A stretch of 64,000 nucleotides of DNA, taken from assembly GCA_044450345.1 (NCBI GenBank), contig JBIOIY010000001.1, forward strand, positions 64,001-128,000, written 5' to 3'. Made by a program: the position numbers and the translations under genes. The notes below the pieces were generated by a model that had not been told where the DNA came from, did not search any database, and saw only the letters and a program-made list of their open reading frames with translations. Source of the stretch: Thermodesulfovibrionales bacterium (GTDB lineage Bacteria > Nitrospirota > Thermodesulfovibrionia > Thermodesulfovibrionales > UBA6898). Positions 9,989 through 19,514 of the stretch are shown here, in pieces. Within the stretch, counting starts at the first letter, position 1, and every line of letters begins with the position of its first letter.

Positions 9989-10004
9989 TTATTAACCTCC
10001 TTAC

Positions 10005-10475
10005 TTAAAGTGTTTCTATCGTTCCGCTGCGTTTATGTGCTATTCTCCTGTGGCATTCCCAACATCTTCTGTCATGATTTATGAATTCGACGGTGTTCTG
10101 ATGACATCTGATGCAGTTTGCCTGTAACACCTCTGCGCCATGAGACGTCAATTTGATCTGTTCGGGCACTCTGCCGGAATAAAAAAATGCCACATCTTTA
10201 AGACCATCAATAGATTTCCAGATGTAATGCATTCCCATATTCTCATTCGGCAGATGGCAGTCGACACATTTTTTTCTCCTGTGTGCGCCGGAATGTATCC
10301 ACGCTTCATATTCACTCTCCATCACATGGCACCGAGCACAAAAATCGGGCGATTCTGACTTGGCAAGCAATTTCGGCGGACCCAGCATAAGAAAAAGAGA
10401 CGCTACAAGCCCCCCTGTTACAATAACGGCAAGATAAAGGAAAACCTTCCTCTTTTTTGTGGTTTCCTCCATCAC
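10005..10475 (-). CDS. nrfH: Cytochrome c nitrite reductase small tetraheme subunit
   Basis: N-terminal TM helix; CARCHVM, CVDCH, CIRCH and CWECH; directly upstream of nrfA. Confidence 0.93.
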   Translation of the reverse strand: MMEETTKKRKVFLYLAVIVTGGLVASLFLMLGPPKLLAKSESPDFCARCHVMESEYEAWIHSGAHRRKKCVDCHLPNENMGMHYIWKSIDGLKDVAFFYSGRVPEQIKLTSHGAEVLQANCIRCHQNTVEFINHDRRCWECHRRIAHKRSGTIETL

Positions 10476-10624
10476 CTTACCCCCTTTTCTTTCCGGTTCA
10501 TACTATGGACATACTTTTGACCACATAGCCTTTATTTACAGTTTATCAAAACATAGGTAGCAGTCAATTTATTAATGCAAGGAATATTTAAAATTATAAT
10601 TAGAACATGATAATCACCTCATAA

Positions 10625-10638
10625 TTGACCATCATAAA
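10625..10638. promoter_or_regulatory. Possible Crp/Fnr-family binding site upstream of nrfH
   Basis: TTGAC-CATC-ATAAA matches TTGAT-N4-ATCAA at 8/10 in an AT-rich intergenic region, so a chance match is possible. Confidence 0.25.
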
Positions 10639-10704
10639 CAAAGAAGGAATTTAAGGCAGTTCGAAGCTATTGTGAAGAGATAAACTGCTATTTTCTTTTA
10701 TTTA

Positions 10705-11577
10705 TCAAGCTCGTGGATGGTATTTCTTAAAGATTTTCTTTATCCTGTCCGTTGTCACTTTGGTGTAGACCTGTGTGGTCGATATATCGGAGTGGCCGAG
10801 CATCTTCTGAACGGACCTAAGGTCTGCACCGCCTTCAAGGAGATGTGTTGCAAAGCAATGCCTTATCGTGTGGGGAGAAAGAACGACGCCCGCCCTTCCC
10901 CCGATGGTTTTCAGTGTCTGCCAGAACCTCTGTCTTGTCATCTGTCCGCCTATCCTCGTCACGAAAAGATAAAGCGACTCTCTCTTCTTCAGTATAGAGG
11001 GCCTCTCTTCCCGGATATACCTCTTTACCTTTTCCAGGGCGCGTGCGTTGACCGGTACTACCCGCTCCTTCGAGCCCTTTCCGAGGACCCTTATAAAGCC
11101 TGCCTCAAAATGGATATCCCCGAGCTTTATCGATACAAGTTCGCTGACGCGCAGACCCGATGAGTAGAGAAGTTCCACCATTGCAGAATCCCTCAGCGCA
11201 GTCTTGCCTGATGAACCCGTGTCAAGGAGTGTCCTGACATCCGAGACACTCAGCGCCTTCGGAAGTCTGTCCCACTTCTTCGGGGTCTGAATGTTTTCAG
11301 AAGGATCGTGGTCTATTTCGTTTTCCATAAGCATATATTTGTACAGAGCTTTTATTGAAGATATATACCTGCAGATACTGGCGGAGGAGTAGCTCCTGTT
11401 TCTCAGTACTTCGAGGAAATCGATGATATCGGCAGTAGTCGCAGATACGGGTGCGGTTTTTCTTTCGTCGAGAAAGAGCCCGTATCTCTTGAGGTCGGCA
11501 TTGTAGGAAGCGACGGTATTCCGGGCGAGGCCCTTTTCGACAGTCAGATATGTGAAAAAATTCTCAAACAACCTCAC
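10705..11577 (-). CDS. xerD: Site-specific tyrosine recombinase XerD
   Basis: EKGLARNTVASY, LYSSGLRVSEL, GKGSKER, SPHTIRHCFATHLL and LGHSDISTTQVY. Confidence 0.93.
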   Translation of the reverse strand: MRLFENFFTYLTVEKGLARNTVASYNADLKRYGLFLDERKTAPVSATTADIIDFLEVLRNRSYSSASICRYISSIKALYKYMLMENEIDHDPSENIQTPKKWDRLPKALSVSDVRTLLDTGSSGKTALRDSAMVELLYSSGLRVSELVSIKLGDIHFEAGFIRVLGKGSKERVVPVNARALEKVKRYIREERPSILKKRESLYLFVTRIGGQMTRQRFWQTLKTIGGRAGVVLSPHTIRHCFATHLLEGGADLRSVQKMLGHSDISTTQVYTKVTTDRIKKIFKKYHPRA

Positions 11578-12346
11578 AGGACAGATATTCCTCTATGCCC
11601 GTCGACTGCCGCAGCCGATCATAGAATATGGACGCGATCGGCATAAGGTTTACCGTATCTTCCCTGTTGTATCTTACGAGGGTCTCCATTGCTTCCCGGG
11701 AACCTCTCTTTGCATGCTCCCACAGCTTCACGGCATCGTAGCCGTCAAGCCCCTGCACAGACTCGTCCCTTATGATATCAAGCGCATGTTCAAGCCGCTT
11801 TAGTCCTCCCTTCATACCAAGCCTCTTTGCCGCAAAACAAAGGTCGAAATGCGGCAGATCGAATTTGATTTCGCTGAATGACCGCAGGATAAATGGGATA
11901 TCGAAGGCAGCACCGTAAAATGTGACCAGACATTTATACCTCGCCAGTTCCCTGCTCAGGTTTTCCGCAGTAAGGTTTTCGCCCCTTACAAGGCTCTTAT
12001 AGTCGTACCCGTCGTATAGCCCGATTACCGTCACGAATCCGCCGCTGTTTGGTTGCAACCCGTTTGTCTCGATGTCGAGACAAACGGCGTCCCCCTTAAA
12101 AAAATCAAAGAGACGCCAATGTTCTCTACGCTTTATCCTGCGGGAAAAATAGGCAGCATTATCCGCGAGCAGTTCCTTGGCATCCTGCAGGAGACAGTCG
12201 TCAAAGAAACTCTTTCTCTCCTCACTGAACCCAAGCAGTTCATCAGCCCCGGTAAAATCATCCCATGTAAGGACGCCTTCCCTCCAGAGCCTCCTTTCAA
12301 GCTTTTCACCTATCCCATCGAGTGTGCTAAATGTATTCCTGATCAT
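11564..12346 (-). CDS. RNase H-like (DEDD, YprB/RNase_H_2) exonuclease
   Basis: CLDIETNG, VTFYGAAFDIPF, GGLKRLE and YNREDT. Confidence 0.85.
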   Translation of the reverse strand: MIRNTFSTLDGIGEKLERRLWREGVLTWDDFTGADELLGFSEERKSFFDDCLLQDAKELLADNAAYFSRRIKRREHWRLFDFFKGDAVCLDIETNGLQPNSGGFVTVIGLYDGYDYKSLVRGENLTAENLSRELARYKCLVTFYGAAFDIPFILRSFSEIKFDLPHFDLCFAAKRLGMKGGLKRLEHALDIIRDESVQGLDGYDAVKLWEHAKRGSREAMETLVRYNREDTVNLMPIASIFYDRLRQSTGIEEYLSCEVV

Positions 12347-12585
12347 CGACTATCTTCTCTGTTTCTTCGATTGCCGGCAATAATCCCTTCAACCGAGGCG
12401 CTAGATATAATGGTCCAGCAAATTAGTTTATTATACAGAATGGGGATATCTTATTACTATCCATTCACCACAATCTTACACGCAGCGGCGCAGATTCATC
12501 TACTTTATCCCTTCGCACTTGTTGGTTGATAAGTCCCCGCACCATTGTTATACTCAAAATAATCTCACTACTCACCGGAGGCAGT

Positions 12586-14031
12586 ATGCCCAAATATGAC
12601 TTCGACATCGGGATTATAGGCGGCGGCGCCGGCGGCCTGACAGTCGCTGCGGGTGCTTCGCAACTCGGGGCAAGGACACTTTTAATCGAAAAAGAAAGAG
12701 AGCTTGGCGGGGATTGCCTCCATTTCGGCTGCGTGCCGAGCAAAACACTCATAAGGACAGCAAACGTTTATCATATCATGAAAAAAGCGGGGGATTTCGG
12801 CTTGCCGGCGTTCGATGGCAAGCCGGTCAATTTCGGGGATATCGCACAGAGGATCCAGTCGGTCATAGGCGCAATCCAAAGGCATGATTCGAAGGAGAGG
12901 TTCTGCAAACTCGGGGTCCGGGTTGAATTCGGTTACTCTTTTTTTAAAGACGAACATGCCGTAAATCTCAATGGAAAGACTTATTCGGCCAGGACGTGGG
13001 TAATCGCGACAGGGTCAAGCCCTTCCATTCCCGTAATTGACGGTCTGGACAAGATGCCCTATCTTACGAACAGGGAACTTTTTTCTCTTGACACCCTTCC
13101 GGATTCACTTATTATTATCGGCGGTGGCCCTATCGGAATCGAGATGGCCCAGGCATTTTGCCGTCTGGGGAGCCGTGTTTCCGTTATCCAGCGAGGCAGA
13201 CAGGTCCTGAGCAAGGAAGATGCCGACATCTCTGAAGATATCATGAACTACCTGGCCGGTGAAGGGGTGGTCTTCTATCTCAACACCTCGATCATCGCCG
13301 CAAGAGATCTTGGCAGCGAGAGGGAAATAGTTGTCAAGAAAGACGAGGGAACACTAAACCTCAGGGCAAAAGCGGTACTGATCGCCGCGGGAAGAGACGC
13401 GAATCTGCAATGTCTTGGACTGGAGGAGATCGGGATCGAATTTGATAGGAGAAGGCTCAAACTGGACAGAAGACTCAGGACGAGCCACCCGCACATCTAT
13501 GCAGCCGGAGACGTAACCGGCGACTACCAGTTCACACATGCGGCGGGATACGAGGGGGGTGTGGTCCTCGGTAATGCCGTCTTTCATATACCGAAGAAAG
13601 TGGACTACACCTTTTTCCCGTGGTGTACATTCACCGATCCTGAACTCGCCTGCATCGGCATGAACGAAAAAATGGCCGCTGAAGCCGGAATAGAATACAG
13701 CGTTTATGTAGAAAAATTCATAGATAATGACAGGAGCCTCGCAGAAGGCGAAAAAGAGGGTAAGATAAAGATGATCCTGGATATGAAAGAAAGGCTGCTC
13801 GGCGTGCAAATACTCGGCCCGCATGCAGGAGATCTTCTGTCCGAGTGGGTCGCGGTCATGAACGGCGGGGTAAGACTTGCAACGCTCGCATCGTCGGTCC
13901 ATCCATATCCCACACTCGGAGAAATCAATAAAAAAGTTGTGACCGGACTGTTTTCAAAAAAAATATTTTCCGATCGCATGAGGAAGGGCCTTACATTTCT
14001 ATTCAACCTGAAGGGAAGGGCATGCCCTTAA
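12586..14031 (+). CDS. Pyridine nucleotide-disulfide oxidoreductase (MerA/Lpd-like family)
   Basis: GGAGG SD then ATG at 12586; GGGAGG, GGDCLHFGCVPSK, GGGPIG and HPYPT; no NmerA domain and no C-terminal CC pair. Confidence 0.85.
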   Translation: MPKYDFDIGIIGGGAGGLTVAAGASQLGARTLLIEKERELGGDCLHFGCVPSKTLIRTANVYHIMKKAGDFGLPAFDGKPVNFGDIAQRIQSVIGAIQRHDSKERFCKLGVRVEFGYSFFKDEHAVNLNGKTYSARTWVIATGSSPSIPVIDGLDKMPYLTNRELFSLDTLPDSLIIIGGGPIGIEMAQAFCRLGSRVSVIQRGRQVLSKEDADISEDIMNYLAGEGVVFYLNTSIIAARDLGSEREIVVKKDEGTLNLRAKAVLIAAGRDANLQCLGLEEIGIEFDRRRLKLDRRLRTSHPHIYAAGDVTGDYQFTHAAGYEGGVVLGNAVFHIPKKVDYTFFPWCTFTDPELACIGMNEKMAAEAGIEYSVYVEKFIDNDRSLAEGEKEGKIKMILDMKERLLGVQILGPHAGDLLSEWVAVMNGGVRLATLASSVHPYPTLGEINKKVVTGLFSKKIFSDRMRKGLTFLFNLKGRACP

Positions 14032-14224
14032 CATCCGGTCCCGTTTCCCCATTCTTCTAAGCTATTCTTCGCCCTTTTTTTACGCTTGCGGTATCTTCAA
14101 AGACTGTTATGTGTCGTCCGTATTCTCCGGGGCATTTGGTTTGTGCGGCTACATTTGCGTAATTTCCCAGTTCGCAGACTTTTTTTATTTGCTTTATGAA
14201 CATAGAATTGTAAAATAGTAATAT

Positions 14225-14863
14225 ATGGACGAAGGTAAAGACGAAAGTCTCGCGGTATCAGTCCTCTATGTGGAAGATGAGCCTTTAACAAGGGCCGTAT
14301 TTGCCAGGATTCTTGCGAGGAAAGTATCGATCTTGTATCAGGCCGAAAATGGCGAAGAAGGACTGGAGCTGTTTAAAATGCACAGGCCCGATATAGTAAT
14401 ATCCGACGTCAGAATGCCCGTCATGGACGGGATCGAGATGTCAAGAAGGATCAAGTCTCTGGAAGGCAACAGTAAGATAATAATTACCACCGCACACAGT
14501 GATGCGACTATCTTGCTGAGTTCCATCGACGCCGGGATCGACAAATATATTTTAAAACCGGTTGAGGTGGAAATCCTATTTTCGGCGTTGGAGAATTGTG
14601 CCGAAACCATCATACTCGAAAGAAAAATCCAGGAACAAGCCAGAGAAAAGGATGAACTGATTACTAAGCTCCAGGATGCCCTCGATAACATAAAGAGATT
14701 GAGCGGACTCCTGCCTATCTGCTCTTCCTGCAAGAAAATCCGCGATGACAAGGGTTACTGGAACCAGATCGAAAGATATATAGCTGAACATTCCGAGGCC
14801 GAGTTCAGTCACGGTATCTGTCCTGAGTGTGTGAGAAAGCTTTATCCCCAATATAAACAGTGA
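14225..14863 (+). CDS. Response regulator: REC plus coiled coil plus Cys/His-rich C-terminal domain
   Basis: YVEDE, SDVRMP, KP; C-terminal LLPICSSCKKIRD...SHGICPEC. Confidence 0.88.
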   Translation: MDEGKDESLAVSVLYVEDEPLTRAVFARILARKVSILYQAENGEEGLELFKMHRPDIVISDVRMPVMDGIEMSRRIKSLEGNSKIIITTAHSDATILLSSIDAGIDKYILKPVEVEILFSALENCAETIILERKIQEQAREKDELITKLQDALDNIKRLSGLLPICSSCKKIRDDKGYWNQIERYIAEHSEAEFSHGICPECVRKLYPQYKQ

Positions 14864-15009
14864 TCCCCGAAAATCGATCACATGGTTAAGCAGTTTGCGC
14901 CTCCTTCATTAGAGGCCAAAAAAGATGAACTCACTACTCACGCAGCGAACGCCCAATACGGTGCGGAACTCCCTACAAAACTGCAGGCGAAAGCAATTGG
15001 TCCCAGTAC

Positions 15010-16254
15010 TTATCGCCTGACTATGACGTCCCTCGGCAGCCTTATCGTAAATGTCGTGCCTTTCTCCCCGCTTTCAAGGTGAACAGTCCCGCCGTGAGAT
15101 ACAACAACTTTATGAACGATAGATAGCCCCAGTCCGGTACCTCTTTCCTTGGTCGTATAAAAGGGGAGGAATATCTTGTCCCTGATGTTTTCCGGTATGC
15201 CGTGGCCGGTATCCGTGACCGAGATATCCAGACAATCACCCACGGAGCACGACACAATCACATCTCCTCCCTCAGGCATCGATTCCACAGCGTTCTGGAG
15301 AATATTCGTGACCGACTGCCTCAACAGCACCTCATCACCGTTAATTAAGGGCAACGACTCGATGCGCTCCACAATCCGCACGTTTTGCACGGAATCCGCA
15401 ACCGCAGTTATACAGCCCTTCAGCAGGCTTTTCAGGTCGATTTCTGTCAAGACTAGGTCGGTCTGTTTGGCAAACGAAAGGAAGTCCGATATGATCCGGT
15501 CCATTACCGCCACCTCCTTCAGGATCGCCTCGACAGTCGGGAACAAAACCCCATCCACTTTTTTTGATAACAGTTTCGCATACCCGGATATCACGCCGAG
15601 CGGATTCCTGAGTTCGTGAGCAATCCCTGCGGACATTTCGCCGAGTGTCGACAGCCTCTCCCTGAGTTCCATCTGAGACTGGAACGCCTTCAGTTCAGTA
15701 AGGTCCGTAAAGACAAAGATCTTGCCGATGGTCTTATTTGCACTATCTTTCAAAAGAGAGATATTAAGCCCGAGCCATATCCTCTTGCCGCTTTTCGTCA
15801 CGTATCCGATCTCCGCCCTCGACACTATCTGATTTTTCTCAATAATCCCGGCGACGGGCTCGCTGAATATCTCCGAATATTTTTTTCCTACGCTCTCTAT
15901 TTCCTTCATTTCGAGCATCTTTTCAGCCGACTGATTCATCTTCGTGATGCGGAGTTCCCGGTTCAGACTCACTACCCCGCTCGGCACGCTCTGGAGAATA
16001 TCTTCGTTGTATATTTCGACCGAAGAGGCCCTGTCCTCGGCCTGCCTCTTAAGGACCTCGAGTTCCCTCTCCTTCTCTTTCAGTTTTGAAACAAGGTCGT
16101 GAAATGTATCGACGACAAAGCCCACCTCGGTAGAGCCCTTGTTGGCGGCGTCAGGCCTCTTTCTGCTGCTGCCCATGATCCTGGCGATATAAAAGAAAAT
16201 GAAGAGCAAGACGGCAAGGGCAAGCGTTACCAGCATCAGGGTTAAGAGGTTCAT
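15010..16254 (-). CDS. PAS-domain sensor histidine kinase (NtrB/PilS-like)
   Basis: N-terminal TM helix, PAS, AHELRNPL H-box, N-box, DTGHG and GTGLGL. Confidence 0.9.
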   Translation of the reverse strand: MNLLTLMLVTLALAVLLFIFFYIARIMGSSRKRPDAANKGSTEVGFVVDTFHDLVSKLKEKERELEVLKRQAEDRASSVEIYNEDILQSVPSGVVSLNRELRITKMNQSAEKMLEMKEIESVGKKYSEIFSEPVAGIIEKNQIVSRAEIGYVTKSGKRIWLGLNISLLKDSANKTIGKIFVFTDLTELKAFQSQMELRERLSTLGEMSAGIAHELRNPLGVISGYAKLLSKKVDGVLFPTVEAILKEVAVMDRIISDFLSFAKQTDLVLTEIDLKSLLKGCITAVADSVQNVRIVERIESLPLINGDEVLLRQSVTNILQNAVESMPEGGDVIVSCSVGDCLDISVTDTGHGIPENIRDKIFLPFYTTKERGTGLGLSIVHKVVVSHGGTVHLESGEKGTTFTIRLPRDVIVRR

Positions 16255-16318
16255 ATCCTGATCGGCTCAAAAGAGTTTTCCAGGACCCGATGGGTCTCCC
16301 GAAGCCCGCGCACCTCGT

Positions 16319-17098
16319 TTAATGCAGATACCACAACAGTATTTCCTGTCCAAAAAAAAGAGTTATAAGGGCGCCCAAGGCCAGAAACGGGCCAAAAGGT
16401 ATCTTCGTCTTTCTTCCCCTGCCCTTTAAGATCATGAGAAAAACACCTATAAGAGATCCGGCAAGACTTCCCAAAAAAGTGGTGAGGAGGACCGATTTCC
16501 ATCCCGTCAGGGCGCCAACCATAGCCATCATCTTAATATCCCCGCCGCCCATGCCCTCCTGTTTCAGCAGCCGATAACTCAATTCGGCAACGAGGAAAAA
16601 AAGCAAAAAGCCGCCAAGGGCGCCGATGAGAGATGCCCTGTACCCGAGTAGTTCGGCCCGCATGAAGGGATCGGGCAGGAGAAAGGACCCGGTCACCAGC
16701 CCTAAGGGAATACCAGCGAGCGTTATGCGGTCAGGAATAATCTGGAATTCCAGATCGATAAAGGTTATTACGACCAGTGCCGAGCAGAGGACGGCGTAGA
16801 CAACGGAATTCCATCCGATTCCATACCTCCAGACAACTGCGGCGTACAAAAAAGCGTTCAGAGCCTCCACGAGGGGATATCTCAACGATATCTTCGCCTT
16901 GCAGTTCCTGCATCTCCCGCCTAAAAGGAGATAACTGATAACGGGAATATTGTCCCATGCACGTATCTCACTGTTGCAGGCAGTGCATCTCGACGAGGGA
17001 AACACTATCGAGAGATTCCTGGGTATCCGGTATATGCAGACGTTCAGGAATGAGCCTATGAGAAGACCAAAGACGACCGCCACGGTATATTCAGACAT
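16319..17098 (-). CDS. pilD: Prepilin peptidase/N-methyltransferase
   Basis: GSFLNVCIYRIP, CTAC/CRNC, GMGGGDIK and IPFGPFL. Confidence 0.95.
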   Translation of the reverse strand: MSEYTVAVVFGLLIGSFLNVCIYRIPRNLSIVFPSSRCTACNSEIRAWDNIPVISYLLLGGRCRNCKAKISLRYPLVEALNAFLYAAVVWRYGIGWNSVVYAVLCSALVVITFIDLEFQIIPDRITLAGIPLGLVTGSFLLPDPFMRAELLGYRASLIGALGGFLLFFLVAELSYRLLKQEGMGGGDIKMMAMVGALTGWKSVLLTTFLGSLAGSLIGVFLMILKGRGRKTKIPFGPFLALGALITLFFGQEILLWYLH

Positions 17099-17099
17099 T

Positions 17100-17414
17100 T
17101 TATACTCTCACACTGCTCATCTCCGAGACCTTCAGCTTCAGCTCATCGATATTTTTTTCTATTGTATCTATCTCCTCAAGCGCGCCCAGGACCATCCGGT
17201 CCTTGAGTATATTTTTGTCAGGGTTGCCCTTCAGTTCATATACACGTCGTCCTATCGTCTTAAGCAATTCTTCCTTTTTCTTTTCCATCTCATCCGACTG
17301 ATAAAGCAGCTCTATAACCGCGATCTCTATCTTCAGCCTTTCGGATAAGACGGCCGCAAACCACCTCACCTTGTTCAAACCCTTTTTAAAATTTTCTCTC
17401 AGTCTCTGAAGCAT
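17100..17414 (-). CDS. Hypothetical coiled-coil protein
   Basis: 104-aa ORF tightly packed between recG and pilD, with a GGGGAG SD. Confidence 0.75.
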   Translation of the reverse strand: MLQRLRENFKKGLNKVRWFAAVLSERLKIEIAVIELLYQSDEMEKKKEELLKTIGRRVYELKGNPDKNILKDRMVLGALEEIDTIEKNIDELKLKVSEMSSVRV

Positions 17415-17426
17415 TTGTTCTCCCCC

Positions 17427-19514
17427 TTACACTGTCTGATAACAATCTGTCTTTCCGAGCCAGAAAGACTCAAAGGACTTTCTCAGCAGCGGAAACTGAT
17501 CAATACCCTGTTTAGTATCGATCAGGTCAAAAGCTTCCCTCCTCGCCGCTTCCAGCAACCTCAGGTCTCTGGCGGGATCAGCGGCCTTAAAGTCAGGCAG
17601 TCCCGCCTGTCTTGTGCCGAAGAACTGTCCAGGCCCCCTGATGTCGAGGTCTTCCTCAGCTATTTTGAACCCGTCCGAAGTCCTGACCATAACATCAAGT
17701 CTTCGCCTCGCATCTTCGCCGAGAGGTTCGTACCCGATCAGGAGACAATGAGACAATTCGCCCCCGCGCCCTACCCGGCCCCTCAGCTGATGGAGCTGGG
17801 CAAGTCCAAACCTCTCGGCATGGACTATGACCATGACAGTGGCGTTCGGCACATCCACACCGACTTCAACGACAGTCGTAGAAATCAAAATGCGGGTTTC
17901 CCCGTTCTTAAAAGACATCATCGCGGCCCGTTTATCGGAAGGGCTCATTCTGCCGTGAAGAAGACCTATTCTAAATTCGGGGAATATTTTCCGGAATGCC
18001 TTGCAGCCTTCCACCGCTGACTTAAGGTCCGCCTTTTCTGATTCCTCTATGACCGGGTACACCACATATACCTGTCTCCCCTTCCGTATCTCTCCCTCCA
18101 TAATCCCGTAAATCGCCGCCTTCCGGGACGGCAAGAAAACCTCCGTCAATATCGGTTTCCTCCCCGATGGCATTTCATTGATGATCGAATAATCCATATC
18201 TCCGTATAGCGTGAGGGCCAAAGACCTGGGGATCGGAGTAGCCGTCATAACAAGAACATCCGGACTCTTTCCCTTTTTTCTCAGGATTCCCCTTTGCGTC
18301 ACGCCGAACTTGTGCTGCTCGTCGATCACGACAAGTCCGAGGTCCTTAAAACGAACCCCTTCCTGGATAAGCGCATGCGTGCCTACGACAACAGCCGCCT
18401 CTCCCGACGATATCATGTCAAGTGGTATTTCCTTTGCCCCTCCTGCTGCAAGTACCGCCTTAACACCCAGATCTTCCACTGCATTGCAGAGTGTATAGAA
18501 ATGCTGCTCTGCAAGTATCTCGGTGGGTGCCATAAACGCGGTCTGACAGCCGTATTCTACTGCGTGCAGCATCGCCATAAGTGCCACGATAGTTTTGCCG
18601 CATCCGACATCGCCCTGGAGAAGTCTCTGCATCGGATATACAGCCGCCATGTCGCGTACTATCTCGTCAAGCACTCTCTTCTGGTCGCCTGTCAATGCAT
18701 AAGGTAGTTTTTCTATAAGCCTTCGTTGAAGCATGCCCTGACAACGGATCGCTCTTCCTTTTTCGCGTTTTTTATTCTTCCTTATGGCCGCCACGCCGAG
18801 TTCGAAGGTAAAAAACTCATCGAAAGCCAGTCTTTTATGATATTTACTTTCCCGACGGTTGAGAGAGTCCGTGTCGCACCCGTCGGCAGGAAAATGCAAC
18901 TGTTTGATGCTTTCCCTGAGTGGGGGCAGATTGTGTCTCCTGATAATATCTTCAGGCATGGGATCGACGATATCTCCGGCATACTTTTCAACAATGCCGA
19001 ACATTATTTTTCTGAGTTGCTTCTGGCTCATGCCCTCGGTGAGACGATAGACAGGCACTATCCTGTCCGAATGAATCAGAGAATCTCCTTCTGCACCGAC
19101 AATTTCATATTCAGGATTGTCGAAAAACAACCAGCCGGCATCGCGGTCCCTCTTCACCTCTCCGCTCAGCAAGACCTCACAACCATCCGGCAGATTCTTC
19201 TTCATAAAAGGTTGGTTAAACCATCTCGCCTTCACGGAAGCCGTCCCGTCGCTCACGGTAATCGTGAATATGCCCGGTCTGCTGCCGCGAGACGCTTTTG
19301 CCCCGGCCGCAATGACCTTCCCGCGAACGGTCTCGGGCCGTCCCTCTTTTATAGTAAGGATGTTGTCGGCTGCGGATCTGTCTTCGTAGCGGTAGGGGAG
19401 ATAATAGAACGAGTCTTTCAGTGAAGTGATGCCGATTTCACCAAGCAATTTGGCCCTCTTGGGGCCTACACCCTTTGCACAGTGTATGAGTACTTCTGAT
19501 AGGTTGCTATCCAT
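17427..19514 (-). CDS. recG: ATP-dependent DNA helicase RecG
   Basis: LLQGDVGCGKT, DEQHKFG, MTATPIPRS and QLHQLRGRVGR. Confidence 0.96.
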   Translation of the reverse strand: MDSNLSEVLIHCAKGVGPKRAKLLGEIGITSLKDSFYYLPYRYEDRSAADNILTIKEGRPETVRGKVIAAGAKASRGSRPGIFTITVSDGTASVKARWFNQPFMKKNLPDGCEVLLSGEVKRDRDAGWLFFDNPEYEIVGAEGDSLIHSDRIVPVYRLTEGMSQKQLRKIMFGIVEKYAGDIVDPMPEDIIRRHNLPPLRESIKQLHFPADGCDTDSLNRRESKYHKRLAFDEFFTFELGVAAIRKNKKREKGRAIRCQGMLQRRLIEKLPYALTGDQKRVLDEIVRDMAAVYPMQRLLQGDVGCGKTIVALMAMLHAVEYGCQTAFMAPTEILAEQHFYTLCNAVEDLGVKAVLAAGGAKEIPLDMISSGEAAVVVGTHALIQEGVRFKDLGLVVIDEQHKFGVTQRGILRKKGKSPDVLVMTATPIPRSLALTLYGDMDYSIINEMPSGRKPILTEVFLPSRKAAIYGIMEGEIRKGRQVYVVYPVIEESEKADLKSAVEGCKAFRKIFPEFRIGLLHGRMSPSDKRAAMMSFKNGETRILISTTVVEVGVDVPNATVMVIVHAERFGLAQLHQLRGRVGRGGELSHCLLIGYEPLGEDARRRLDVMVRTSDGFKIAEEDLDIRGPGQFFGTRQAGLPDFKAADPARDLRLLEAARREAFDLIDTKQGIDQFPLLRKSFESFWLGKTDCYQTV

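Noticed and set aside
10705..11577. Tyrosine recombinase as a mobile-element integrase
   Set aside because: Size and motifs fit chromosomal XerD; no att sites or cargo.
12586..14031. Mercuric reductase merA
   Set aside because: No C-terminal Cys pair, NmerA domain or mer operon.
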